A DNA stretch of 64,000 bases from Nitrospirota bacterium (GCA_963796285.1 CAWCKW010000003.1:96001-160000), one strand, 5' to 3'; shown: positions 11,342 to 21,535, numbered from the stretch's first letter. The notes: generated by a model from the sequence alone, not told the origin. Translations and numbers: made by a program.

Positions 11342-12025
11342 TCATCGCAAAGCCTTAACCCGCCCCACATACACCACATGCCGCAACCCGCCCCTTCCCG
11401 GCCGCTGTCGATCAACAGTAAATCCAGCGGCAGCCAGACGCATCTCGAACCCTGCATCAGGATTCTCTCCCCAGACAGCGAAAACACCGCCTGTGGAAAG
11501 TGCGGCGGCTGTAGTCTTCAGAGCGCGGCTCCCGTAGAACGGATCGAGTACGGCATCACTGGATGCGCCGGGGCCTTCGTAAAGGTCGATGATGATTGCG
11601 TCGAATTTTTCGGCGCCGGGCTGAGCAGCCCGCGCGATCATTGCCGCGACATCGTCGATCACAATGGTAACCCGCGGATCATCCACAGCACTCTTCGTAA
11701 GTTCCGCAAGAGGACCGCGACACCATGTGGCCATGACCGGATTAAGGTCTGCGACGAGTACCCGCGCAGCAACAGGCAACGCGTCGAGAGCTGCCCGCAG
11801 GGTGAGCCCCATGCCCAGGCCGCCGATCAGCACCCGCGGGGCACTGAGCCCTGCAACCAATTTGCAGGCACGCTCTCCGAGCACGATCTCAGAACGGTTT
11901 GAGCTGCTGTTCATCAGCACGCGGTTATTGATGAGGATCAGAAAATCCCGTTCACCCCGCTTACGCAGTTCGAGGACCCCTTCTTTTGTATCAACTTTGT
12001 CCAATGTCTGCCACGGCTGCGCCAT
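11342..12025 (-). CDS. Spermidine-synthase-like SAM-dependent protein
   Basis: LMNS...SE..L, VLIGGLGMGLTLRAAL, FDAIIIDL..GP, GGVFAVW. Confidence 0.85.
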   Translation of the reverse strand: MAQPWQTLDKVDTKEGVLELRKRGERDFLILINNRVLMNSSSNRSEIVLGERACKLVAGLSAPRVLIGGLGMGLTLRAALDALPVAARVLVADLNPVMATWCRGPLAELTKSAVDDPRVTIVIDDVAAMIARAAQPGAEKFDAIIIDLYEGPGASSDAVLDPFYGSRALKTTAAALSTGGVFAVWGENPDAGFEMRLAAAGFTVDRQRPGRGGLRHVVYVGRVKALR

Positions 12026-12102
12026 AAATTATCCTTACCCGGGTCCGCCGGATACGAATCGTAACCCTCACAAGCCATCACCGATCTCTCCCTCGCACTG
12101 AT

Positions 12103-12769
12103 TTACACAAGAAGGAACGGAGTCATCGGCTTCCAGTAACCCCTCCAGATGATCGGCACAAAGACCTGTTTGACGATCCAGGGAAATGCCATCATAAAGG
12201 CCTCACGATCAGTCGCCTTCAAGATTGTAGAATAAGAAGGGCAGCGCCAAAGGTCCCGGACCCGAGTTCTTACTGCCGTGGTCGGTGATCTTTTTGAGGA
12301 GGTTCTCCTGTTCCCGCATTCCCGCGACCGCCTTCAGCCTGTCCGCGGTAAAATGATCCTCCTCGATTCTAATGTGGGGTCCCCACACCCTGTCGAATTC
12401 TCCCAATACCTCGCGTAGTCTGCCGACACCGCCAGATGATATCTTTGAAAGACACTTATCCAGGTCGACCAGAATGCGGGCCATGACCTGGTGGTCTTCC
12501 TCCAGCCGGGTATAAGGTGCCTCGAGCTTGTCCCTGAAGTAGGGAAAGACAATGTCATCCTCGGTGAGATGATGCGAGTGCGTTATCCACTTCAGTGTTG
12601 TTACGTACAGAGGGAAACCTGCGGCTTCCTCGGGTGGTATGCCCTGCTTCCCGAGGTACTCGTCACACTTCTGAATCGAAATGTCCAATGCTCGTGAGAT
12701 AATCTTGTGGATCCTCAAGAGACTGCTTGCAATTGGACTCATTCCCGTCATGGCGCCACTCGCCTTCAT
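12103..12769 (-). CDS. Hemerythrin-domain protein with a +1 frameshift near 12214
   Basis: IHKII, HSHHLTEDDIVFP, LEEDH, HIRIEE. Removing one base continues the frame as TDREAFMMAFPWIVKQVFVPIIWRGYWKPMTPFLLV*. Confidence 0.8.
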
Positions 12770-12782
12770 TGTAGTGTATTAA

Positions 12783-12840
12783 CCGTAACGAGCGCGTGAG
12801 GGGCGCGGTTTTGGCACCCTCTCGAGCCGAATGGTGAGAA
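12783..12840 (-). repeat. Degenerate attC-like (59-base element) site
   Basis: Minus strand TTCTCAC-CATTCGGCTCGAGAGGG-TGCCAAAACCGCG-CCCCTCACGCGCTC-GTTACGG; imperfect palindrome ending in a GTT core, 58 bp. Confidence 0.5.
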
Positions 12841-12849
12841 TCACAGGCA

Positions 12850-13645
12850 TTTCGTAGCGTTCGGCCCGACCTACAGGTTGTTCTTCCTTGTACCTGTAAT
12901 TGCACTAACGAAGTGATTAAAATTTTGATTAAAGAGCTCGAGAAGCTTCTGGTTATTTCAGCATCGGATAGTTTGGTCACAGGCTTATCTTCCACGCTTC
13001 GTGTGAATACGGACGCAGCTTCGCTGCCAACGCGGTCATAGATCCACCACTTAGTCGTAAGAAATAGCTGCCCACTGTTCTCATAAACGCTACCATGTCT
13101 TGCCGTAAAGAACATAGTCTAAATGATTGTTCTGCACGCTAGCAACAATTTCCTTGTCGAGGTGTTTTGCTACCCCAAAGCCTTACATCTCGAATGTACC
13201 TACTCAGTGCAATAGGATCCATGTCCGAGTTCCATTTGAGGTCGGTAAAGCTAATCGTCGGGGTGGATGCCATGCGTTCGTTCAGGGCTTGTAATGATTT
13301 CATTTGAAGGATTACAGCCAATTCGTCAATCGACGTATCGCCACTATTTTTTGCCGACTCAGCAGTAATCATCACCAATGCTCCAAGAAGGCCGAATTGG
13401 GAAGCCACTCTTGTTCGCTCTCATGGGCTTTATCGTATAACAGTCGAACTTGATGATTCCGAGTTTCTTCTCGGGGTTTCCAGAGAATCTCGATCAAGCC
13501 TGTCAATTTCAGTCTTTGCAGCAAGACTATAACCGGCAAGAGATAACATCAAGACTACAGTCAGGACATATGTTTTCATTGTGAAAATGTCCTCCTTCAA
13601 CTTTTCCATCGTCCCGTCGACGGGTCGAGCCTTGTTATCCGACAA
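12850..13645 (-). pseudogene. Fragmented ORFs, including a truncated secreted-protein start (MKTYVLTVVLMLSLAGYSLA)
   Basis: AT-richer DNA with short broken ORFs; one good RBS (AAGGAGG) precedes a signal peptide that runs into a hairpin. Confidence 0.4.
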
Positions 13646-13688
13646 CTTGCCTTATCAAGTCAGATTGCGTTCTGGCTTACTTGACAAT

Positions 13689-13822
13689 GCGGCGGTAACT
13701 CGCTGCCCCCGCAGGGGGCGTCGATGTTGACTGCCTGGTTCCTGCGGCGCTTTCCAGCCGCGTTTTACAGGCAGTTAGCGAGTTACCGCCGCGTTCCCGC
13801 GGCGCTTCCCAGCCGCGGGAAC
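13689..13822. repeat. Nested inverted-repeat element
   Basis: Perfect 16-bp IR (13689-13704/13777-13792) enclosing inner hairpins, followed by a perfect 11-bp hairpin (13793-13822). Confidence 0.85.
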
Positions 13823-14191
13823 AAGTTATTATCTAAACAGGCTGGTACTGAATTTATTGAGAAAATTATCAGATTTTAGATTATGTCAAATAGTTTTTAA
13901 AAAAGGACTAATATCGGAAATCCGTTATTAGCGAGTTTAGCAATTAAGATGCCTGCATACAAAGGAGAATGAAAATTCCTGCGCTTCAGAAATCTTCAGC
14001 CCCTATGTAACACGGGGCCTGGACACATATGGCTATTGATGGAAAAGATTTTAGGCCGATTCAATTATCGTGTCAATTAAAAGATAACGGGTTTCTCATG
14101 AATGTGATCAAGGCGGGTGTTATAAAAATTTACGTTCGGAGAACGCATTCAACACTTTCTTTCGCGTCCATCTGCTTCCTCCGGGGTGAAC

Positions 14192-14614
14192 TTAGTCCAG
14201 GTTCGGCGCCGCTTTCCGCATCTGCTTAATCTTGCCCCGCTGCTTCTTGCTCTCGATCCGCCGCTCTTTCGCTGCCAATGTCGGCCTCGTCTTCTTCCTC
14301 GGCTTCGGCTTCTCGGTCGCCTTTCGAATGAGCTCCACCAGCCGCGCGATCGCGTCCTCGCGGTTCCGCTCCTGCGTGCGGTGCTGCCGCGCTTCGATGA
14401 GCAGGATGCCGTCCTGGGTGATGCGTCTTCCTGCCAGCCGGATGAGCCGCGTGCGCACATCGCCGGGAAGGGACGGTGAGTTCCCCACATCGAACCGGAG
14501 CTGCACGGCCGTGGACACCTTGTTCACGTTCTGGCCGCCCGGGCCCGAGGCGCGGACAAAGTGGAGTTGGATCTCGTTCTCGTCGAGCGAGAGAGTGCGG
14601 GTCACTGCGATCAT
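14192..14614 (-). CDS. arfB: Alternative ribosome rescue factor ArfB (YaeJ)
   Basis: ASGPGGQNVNKVSTAVQLRF, RTQERNRE.A, basic tail KKTRPT...KK.RG..K..R. Confidence 0.95.
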   Translation of the reverse strand: MIAVTRTLSLDENEIQLHFVRASGPGGQNVNKVSTAVQLRFDVGNSPSLPGDVRTRLIRLAGRRITQDGILLIEARQHRTQERNREDAIARLVELIRKATEKPKPRKKTRPTLAAKERRIESKKQRGKIKQMRKAAPNLD

Positions 14615-14708
14615 GCGGGTACTGTACACTATTCTTGATTCTGACTCAAGATGGAATCGTATGCCGTTCGGCTTGACAGCGCAGTGTCCTCATGGTACGT
14701 TGCATCCT

Positions 14709-15593
14709 ATGGCGCCGGTCATCGAAATAAAAGATCTCATCAAGACCTACCCGGGCGTGCGCGCGGTGGACAATGTCAGCCTGACGATCCGGGAGGGCAT
14801 CTGCTTCGGCCTGCTCGGACCGAACGGCGCAGGCAAGACCACGCTGATCGAGATCGTCGAAGGCATCCAGCGTTGCGATTCCGGCAGCACGCTGTACAAA
14901 GGCGCGCCCGCAGGCCCGGCGTTCCGGAAAGAGGCGGGCATCCAGTTCCAGGTCACGTCGCTCCAGGAATTCCTGACCGTGCGCGAGACCCTGCGGTTGT
15001 TCATGAACTTCTATCCCAGGACGATGGACCTGCAAGAGGTCATCCGTCTCTGCAGCCTCGATGAGTTCCTTGACCGGGATACGCGTAAAATTTCCGGCGG
15101 TCAGCGCCAACGGCTCCTGATGGCGCTCGCCATCATCAATGATCCTGAAGTCCTCTTTCTCGACGAGCCCACGACCGGCCTCGATCCCCAGTCGCGCAGG
15201 AACTTCTGGGACCTCATCAATCTGATCAAGTCCCGCGGCAAGACGATCGTGCTGACCACGCACTACATGGACGAGGCCTACACGCTCTGCGACGAGATCG
15301 CGATCATGGACCACGGCAAGATCATCGCCCAGGGCCCTCCGGAGCTGCTGCTCCGGGAGCACTTCGGCAATGTGGTGCTGCAGTTCCCGGAAGAGGACGT
15401 GAACAATAAACTCGAAGGGCTCGGGCTCTGCACGTCCAAACAACCGGGGTGGTGCGAGATACAGACGCACGATGTCGATAGCACGATCAGAACGCTGCTG
15501 GAGCACGGCGTTTCGCTGTCGCGGATGAACATGCGATCCTGGAGCCTGGAGGACCTGTTCATCTCGCTTACGGGGAAGGATCTAAGAGGTTGA
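14709..15593 (+). CDS. ABC-2 type exporter, ATP-binding subunit
   Basis: GPNGAGKTT, ISGGQRQR, FLDEPTTGLDPQSRR, TTHYMDEA. Confidence 0.93.
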   Translation: MAPVIEIKDLIKTYPGVRAVDNVSLTIREGICFGLLGPNGAGKTTLIEIVEGIQRCDSGSTLYKGAPAGPAFRKEAGIQFQVTSLQEFLTVRETLRLFMNFYPRTMDLQEVIRLCSLDEFLDRDTRKISGGQRQRLLMALAIINDPEVLFLDEPTTGLDPQSRRNFWDLINLIKSRGKTIVLTTHYMDEAYTLCDEIAIMDHGKIIAQGPPELLLREHFGNVVLQFPEEDVNNKLEGLGLCTSKQPGWCEIQTHDVDSTIRTLLEHGVSLSRMNMRSWSLEDLFISLTGKDLRG

Positions 15594-15627
15594 GAAGTCA
15601 AATTCTTAACAAAACGGCAAGAAATTT

Positions 15628-15724
15628 TCTCGCAAAGACGCAAAGGACGCAAAGGAAGTCTTTAAGTCCTGGTTTTTAACCCGAATGATTTGCTTTTCTT
15701 TGCGAGCTTGGCGTCTTTGCGAGA
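15628..15724. repeat. Inverted short-unit repeat (CGCAAAGA type)
   Basis: TCTCGCAAAGACGCAAAGGACGCAAAG pairs with CTTTGCGAGCTTGGCGTCTTTGCGAGA. Confidence 0.75.
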
Positions 15725-15779
15725 GACGCCTTTTAGCTTCTTTCTTTTGGTTCCGGCTTGTCCGGGTTAGGCTATCACT

Positions 15780-16787
15780 ATGAAAAGATTTCTCGCCATG
15801 CTTCACGCGCGGAACATGGAGTTCATCCGCGACAAGTCGTCCCTGGGTTGGAACATCCTGTTCCCGCTCCTGCTGGTGCTCGGCTTCGCAGCCGTGTTCT
15901 CGGGAGAGCCCCAGGCCATGTTCAAGGTCGGCGTCATCGGAGACACAGCGGCGCTCGCTCCATCAGATGCGGATTTCCTCAAAACGAACTACATCAAGTT
16001 CATCATGGTGGACAACGCGGACGCGGCTATCGACAAGGTCGGGCATTTCCAGCTCGACATGCTGATCGACCTGCGCGAGGGCAAGCGATACTGGATCAAT
16101 GAAAATTCTCCGAACGGATATGTGCTCGAACGCATGATCAATAGCGGCAGACAATCGGACTATCAGCGCCAGACGGTCCAGGGCCGCAAGATCCGCTATG
16201 TGGATTGGGTCGTTCCGGGGATCCTGGCAATGAACATGATGTTCAGCTGCCTCTTCGGCGTGGGCTACGTGATCGTACGGTACCGGAAGAACGGTTTCCT
16301 CAAACGGCTCAAGGCTACGCCGCTCAATCCCTTCGAATTCCTGCTGGCGCAGATGTGTTCGCGTCTGCTCCTGATCCAGACGATCACCACCGTCGTCTAC
16401 GTGGGATGCAATTACTTCATCCACTTCCAGATGCGCGGGTCGTATGTGAACCTCTTCCTCATCTCCCTGCTCGGCTCGATCTGTTTGATCTCCATCGGCC
16501 TGCTCGTGTCCGCCCGGCTTTCGAGCGAAGAGCTTGCCAGCGGCATCCTGAACCTGATCACCTGGCCCATGATGCTGCTCTCGGGCGTCTGGTTCTCCCT
16601 CGAAGGCACGAACCCGGTGGTCCAGAAGATCGCCCAGTTCCTGCCGCTCACCCACCTGGTCGACGGCGCCCGGTCGATCATGACCGAAGGCGCCAGCCTC
16701 ATGGACATCGCCCCGCACCTCGCGGTCCTGGCACTCATGACTGCTGTCTTTCTTTCGATTGGATCGCTTATCTTCCGGTGGGAGTGA
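15780..16787 (+). CDS. ABC-2 type exporter permease
   Basis: RYVDWVVPGILAMNMMF, GFLKRLKATP, LSGVWF, LPLTH; six hydrophobic segments. Confidence 0.92.
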   Translation: MKRFLAMLHARNMEFIRDKSSLGWNILFPLLLVLGFAAVFSGEPQAMFKVGVIGDTAALAPSDADFLKTNYIKFIMVDNADAAIDKVGHFQLDMLIDLREGKRYWINENSPNGYVLERMINSGRQSDYQRQTVQGRKIRYVDWVVPGILAMNMMFSCLFGVGYVIVRYRKNGFLKRLKATPLNPFEFLLAQMCSRLLLIQTITTVVYVGCNYFIHFQMRGSYVNLFLISLLGSICLISIGLLVSARLSSEELASGILNLITWPMMLLSGVWFSLEGTNPVVQKIAQFLPLTHLVDGARSIMTEGASLMDIAPHLAVLALMTAVFLSIGSLIFRWE

Positions 16788-16817
16788 TCTTTGCTTTAGT
16801 CCTATCTCCTGTTCAAA

Positions 16818-17526
16818 TCAAAACAATTTTGCTATCAGAGCCGGCACCACGGTCTCGACACTCAGAATGCGCTCTCCCATTTGCACTGGAGCGAACCCAC
16901 AGGCAACGAGTTTTTCTATTTCGTAAGGGATAAAGCCCCCTTCGGGACCGATGACGAGAGTAACAGAGCTTTTAATATTTCGCGGACAGGGTTCTGTTGC
17001 ATGCGGGTGAGCTACAAGGGGCAGCGTTCCTTTGATGAGTGCAGGCGCCTCATCCTCCACAAAGGGTTTGAACAGCGGACGGAGCAGGACTTCCGGCATT
17101 ACGGTATCGCGCGCCTGTTCAAGACCGAGGACCAGTTGTTCTTTCACGCTTGATTCGTTCAGGAAGGGACTCTGCCAGAAGCTCTTCTCCACCCGGGAGC
17201 AGTTGATCAGAATGATCCGCTTCACCCCGAGGGAACTGACGGACCGCAGCACCCGGCGGAGTACCTTGGGACGCGGCAGCGCGAGGATGAGCGTCAACGG
17301 AAGCGCAGCAGGCGGCGCGCGTTCGAGCCGGACCTCCATCTCCAGGACCGTTTGACTCAGGAGCGTGACCTTCCCGGACCCGATATGTCCGTTCAGGACG
17401 CCGACACAGAGCTCATCGCCGATCGAAGCCCGGTGGACGTCGAGGACATGCTTGAGGCGGCGGCCTTGGAGACGGACGAGTTGTGTTGTCAATAAAGTCG
17501 TCTTGGAAGAGGAGGATGAGGTTCAT
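16818..17526 (-). CDS. rsmE: 16S rRNA m3U1498 methyltransferase RsmE-family protein with a +1 frameshift near 17482
   Basis: Start MNLILLFQDDF; LALPRPKVL, VEKSFWQSP, IGPEGGF, MGERILSVET. Confidence 0.85.
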
Positions 17527-17707
17527 AGCGAAGACGACGATCAAAAATTAATCCATCCACAGCAAATTGACCGCGGGTACGGCGTGAGGGCCTCGCGTGG
17601 ACGGCGAAAGGTCTTTTGAGTTTGATTAATAATCTAAGGTATCCATTGCCCGCTCTTCCGCCATCGCGGTTCAAACGCTGTTGTTTTTGTAAAAGCTAAA
17701 GGAATTA

Positions 17708-18214
17708 TCATTCAAACGGCTCATACTGCACCCTCACGATCGTGAACACCATATCGCCCTTCGGCCGCTTGACCATGACTTCATCGCCTTCGGCCTTTTT
17801 CATCAGCGCCCTGGCCATGGGCGCGTCCATGCTGATCAGGTTCTTCGCGGCATCGAACTCGTCGGGGCCCACGATGCGGTACTCGCTGATATTCCCCTCT
17901 TCATCCTCAAGCCGGACCCAGGCGCCGAAGAATACCTGTGACGGATCGGTCGGCGCGCTGTCCACAACAACGATATGCTCCAGCCGGTCCTTGAGATGGT
18001 GGATGCGGCTGTCGATCTCGCGCAGCTGCTTCTTGCGGTAAATGTACTCCGCGTTCTCGGACCGGTCGCCCTCGGCTGCTGCGGCGGCAAGCGCAGCTGT
18101 CACCTCCGGCCGTTTTTCCCGCCACAGAAACTCGAACTCATCGGTCAGTCGCTTCTTGCCTTCAGGCGTGATGTACCTGGAACCTGGAATTTGTGGTGGT
18201 CGGTATCTGCTCAT
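17708..18214 (-). CDS. greB: Transcription elongation factor GreB
   Basis: YITPEG, AAAEGDRSENAEYIYRKKQLREID.R, YRIVGPDE. Confidence 0.95.
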   Translation of the reverse strand: MSRYRPPQIPGSRYITPEGKKRLTDEFEFLWREKRPEVTAALAAAAAEGDRSENAEYIYRKKQLREIDSRIHHLKDRLEHIVVVDSAPTDPSQVFFGAWVRLEDEEGNISEYRIVGPDEFDAAKNLISMDAPMARALMKKAEGDEVMVKRPKGDMVFTIVRVQYEPFE

Positions 18215-18259
18215 AGGAACGGAATCATACGGTAAAAACAGGCGAGAAGCAAGAACCAA

Positions 18260-19468
18260 CTACCCTAACCTTGGCAAAGCCGGTATAGCATAATTGAACC
18301 GCTTTGGTCTACCAATACCTGCGTTGTCGTTATGTTTTGCAGTTACTATTCCGCTGATTACCCCTGCTCGCGTCACTGCTGTCGCTTTGACGACCTTGAA
18401 CCTTGTCCCTTCATCAATCAATCCTTCAAAGCTGACGAGGCTTCCCCGCTGCATGGACCCGAAGGGTTCGTTCCCCGGGGTCGCGTCCTTATCCTGCCGC
18501 ATGACGAGCTTTCGTTCACCGGCGCCGCACAGATAGAACTCGATCTTCCCCTTCGAGACCAGCGGCTCACTCACCACCCGAAAGACATTCGGGCCGCAGA
18601 CATCCGACAAAGAGAGGCGGTCCTTGCGGAGGACCAGATAGGAGAACTTGAGGGAGTCCTTGCGGAGCCCCGTGAGTTTGTCGATCTCTTTCACGAGCGT
18701 GGGCGGGTCCCAGGGGATGTCCTCATGGCACCAGTCTTTGGGGTTCACGAGCGCGGGACACTTCGCGCTGGAGAGACACGGGGAATAGAGGTGAAAACCC
18801 TGCTCCAGGATGCCATCCCGGACCTCGAGCATCTCGCGCGAGGTTTCCCGCAGGGCCGGCTCAATGATAATGCAGCTGCCGTCGTCAGCAAGGGCTCTTT
18901 TCAAGATGTCCTGCAGCATGCCCACGCGCTTCCCGGTCCTTGCTTCATCGCGGGCAAACAACTCGTTCAAGACATTCGACAGGATGATCACGTCAAAATG
19001 TCCGTGCAAAATATTTCCCAGCCCTGTGATGTCGGACTGGATTGTTTTCAATGACGCCTCGAGCGGATATGCTCTTCTGGAGGATAAAAAAAGCTCCTCG
19101 GCCATCTTCAAATTGCCCGCCACCTGATCAACCGCCGTAATCTCAAGCTGCGGCTTCCGTGCCTGCTTCGAGAAAAAAGTCAGCACACCGAGCGAGGCGG
19201 TGCCGGGACCGGCGCCGATGTCGAGGACCCGGAGCTTTGCTTTTGCGAACACATCGCGGGGATGAAGGCACAGCTCCTGAAGCGGTTTGTGGATCTTGGA
19301 GAGGTTTGATGGCAGAAAATAGGCCCGGTATGCTTTTCTAAGTCCCTCGTCCTTGAGGTAGGCTGCGGGAAGGCCTTCACGCTCCCGGGTGAGCAGCGTT
19401 GAAAGCCTTGCTACATCCGCTGCAAGGGAGCGCAGCTCATCGTGTGATAGTTCCGGCGATATGTTCAT
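18260..19468 (-). CDS. Rsm22/METTL17-like SAM-binding protein
   Basis: AYRAYFLP, VLDIGAGPGTA, NVLNEL, IIEP, SPC....CP.....DWCH, KFSYLVLRK, LCG. Confidence 0.8.
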   Translation of the reverse strand: MNISPELSHDELRSLAADVARLSTLLTREREGLPAAYLKDEGLRKAYRAYFLPSNLSKIHKPLQELCLHPRDVFAKAKLRVLDIGAGPGTASLGVLTFFSKQARKPQLEITAVDQVAGNLKMAEELFLSSRRAYPLEASLKTIQSDITGLGNILHGHFDVIILSNVLNELFARDEARTGKRVGMLQDILKRALADDGSCIIIEPALRETSREMLEVRDGILEQGFHLYSPCLSSAKCPALVNPKDWCHEDIPWDPPTLVKEIDKLTGLRKDSLKFSYLVLRKDRLSLSDVCGPNVFRVVSEPLVSKGKIEFYLCGAGERKLVMRQDKDATPGNEPFGSMQRGSLVSFEGLIDEGTRFKVVKATAVTRAGVISGIVTAKHNDNAGIGRPKRFNYAIPALPRLG

Positions 19469-19634
19469 GGATCAAACGATTGCTCAGCGTTAAAACGTAG
19501 TGTGGAATTGACCGACAAGATTCAGAACGAAAAAGAGGCACGCCGATTATCTGACGGTGCACCTTTCGCGAAGTACCATGCACGACATGTTGCCGCTCCA
19601 ACCATTGTTCAACCGCCCATCGCCCCGCTTCCGA

Positions 19635-20114
19635 CTACTCAACAATGGTGACGGCCATACCGCTCCCCTGGGCAACGATCTTGCTCGAAACACTGCCGAT
19701 CAGCGGATGTTTTCCCGAGGTGATGCTGCGCCGGCCCACCACGATCGTCCCATAGCCGCCGTCCTTTGCTTCTTCAAGAATGCTCTCGGCCACGTCCGTT
19801 GAATCGGAGAGCGACTTCGTCGTAATTTGCTGGGGCTTCATGCCTTTGCCGGTCAGTGTATCAATGGCCTTCTTGAACGCCGGCGCCATTTTGGCCTTCC
19901 GGTCGGCGATCCACTTGTCCACGACCTTTTTCCGGTCCTTCTTCTCTTCCTCCGACAGGATGTGGCCTTCGTCCCAGAATATGGCCGGCAGGTTCGGCAG
20001 CACGTGCACCAGCCCCACCTCAAGGTCCGCGGCCCCGGCGAACTGCTGTGCCACGTATTCTACGGCCTTGGTTGCATTCGGTGAATCGTCGATAGCTATG
20101 AGCATCTTCTTCAT
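19635..20114 (-). CDS. Universal stress protein
   Basis: LIAIDDS..A..AV.Y, IVVGRR, LIGSVS.KIV. Confidence 0.9.
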   Translation of the reverse strand: MKKMLIAIDDSPNATKAVEYVAQQFAGAADLEVGLVHVLPNLPAIFWDEGHILSEEEKKDRKKVVDKWIADRKAKMAPAFKKAIDTLTGKGMKPQQITTKSLSDSTDVAESILEEAKDGGYGTIVVGRRSITSGKHPLIGSVSSKIVAQGSGMAVTIVE

Positions 20115-20283
20115 GGTTAGCCTCCCAAAAGGACATCCGTTTCTATTTCATTTATAGCATACTTTTGGAAAATATGGATTCTCTTTTTTTTACTCTCAAG
20201 GGAGTATGCCCTCTTACCGCAGCAAAACGACAAAGAAATAGGGGATGATCTTTTCATCATCCCCTCTGATCCACTGGAAACGC

Positions 20284-21390
20284 TTACCGCGTCTTTACCG
20301 GCTCGTAAGTGCAAAATGGCTCTGAGGCAAGATAGTCGCCCGAAATGGCGAACGCCCGCGCGCGGCAGCCGCCGCAAACCTTGCGGTATTCGCAGATGCC
20401 GCATTTGCCGTGGTAGTGGTCGAGGTCGCGCATCTCTTTAAAGAGTTGCGACTCGTTCCAGATCTTCGAGAAAGGCTCCTTGGTGATGTCCCCTGCCTCT
20501 TCTTCGAGGAATCCGCAGATCTGCACCTTGCCCACGTGGGATACGAATGCGAAGCTCTGGCCGCCCATACAGCCCTTGGTCATGGCATCGAAGCCATGGG
20601 ACTCGGGCGTGACGGTCTTGCCCTTTTCCTTCTCTCCCTGGCGGAAGATACGGTAGTAGTGCGGAGCGCAGGTGGGCTTGAACTGGATCGGCACCTTATC
20701 GCGCATCTCGTAGAACCACTTGAGCGTGCTCTCGTATTCCGCGGGTGGGATCTCCTGGTCTACGAGGTCCTTGCCGCGGCCCGTTGGCACGAGCAGGAAC
20801 GGATGGTACGCCACGGCTCCCAGTCCGATCACCATCTCGAGGAGCTTCGGCAGGTCCTTCACGTTATGTTTCGTGATGGTGGTATTCACCTGGAACTCCA
20901 TGCCGACCTTCTTGAAGTTCTCGATGGCCTTCATCACGCTCTCGAACGCGCCTTCCACCCGCCGGAAATTATTGTGCTGCTCCGCGGTCAGCCCGTCGAT
21001 CGAGAGCGACACGCGCATGATGCCGGAGTCCTTCATCTTCTGCGCAAGCTCCTCGGTCACCAAAAGGCCGCAGGGCGCCATGACCATGCGCAGACCGAGC
21101 TTGGTCCCATGCTTGGCGATATCGTAAATGTCGGCGCGCATCATGGGCTCGCCGCCGGTCAGGATGATGATAGGGTCGCTGAAGGACTTGACGTCATCGA
21201 GAAACTTGTACGCGTCCTCGGTCGAGAGCTCGCCCGGGTAGGGACCGTACCTGGCTGCGGCGCGGCAGTGGACGCAGTTCAGGACGCAGCTGCGTGTCAC
21301 CTCCCATGCGATCAGCCGGGGGAGATATTTTTTTTCGCCGCCGGGGTGGCCGTGGCCATGGGGCGCTTTCATGGTATGGGGATGGGTCAT
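20284..21390 (-). CDS. ahbD: Radical SAM/SPASM heme b synthase AhbD
   Basis: AWEVTRSCVLNCVHCRA, FLLVPTGRG, TCAPHYYR, SPASM Cys CGICEY..VCGGCRARA.....EPFC; His-rich N-terminus. Confidence 0.88.
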   Translation of the reverse strand: MTHPHTMKAPHGHGHPGGEKKYLPRLIAWEVTRSCVLNCVHCRAAARYGPYPGELSTEDAYKFLDDVKSFSDPIIILTGGEPMMRADIYDIAKHGTKLGLRMVMAPCGLLVTEELAQKMKDSGIMRVSLSIDGLTAEQHNNFRRVEGAFESVMKAIENFKKVGMEFQVNTTITKHNVKDLPKLLEMVIGLGAVAYHPFLLVPTGRGKDLVDQEIPPAEYESTLKWFYEMRDKVPIQFKPTCAPHYYRIFRQGEKEKGKTVTPESHGFDAMTKGCMGGQSFAFVSHVGKVQICGFLEEEAGDITKEPFSKIWNESQLFKEMRDLDHYHGKCGICEYRKVCGGCRARAFAISGDYLASEPFCTYEPVKTR

Positions 21391-21429
21391 GAAGACTCCT
21401 TACACAATATGCTCAAAGTTCCATAGCTG

Positions 21430-21535
21430 AGAATGAAATCAATATCGAGTGACAATAGATCAAAAGGAAGACAGATATGCTCCCATTTTATACGTGATTT
21501 CACTTTGAACATTGAGCATTGTCATTTGAAATTTC
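21430..21535. repeat. Degenerate heptamer repeats (TTGAAMW type)
   Basis: TTTGAAC ATTGAGC ATTGTC ATTTGAA run. Similar runs occur at ~26875-26897, ~27240-27266 and ~63240-63305. Confidence 0.55.

Noticed and set aside
10300-12215. TGA codons in the lipoprotein (10309-10311) and hemerythrin (12209-12211) as selenocysteine
   Set aside because: Homology continues in a different frame, not in frame, and these are not Cys positions. The TusA, DsrE and YeeE genes all use ordinary Cys codons.
14082-14127. AGATAAC...GTTATAA as a fourth attC site
   Set aside because: It is too short and lacks internal dyad symmetry.
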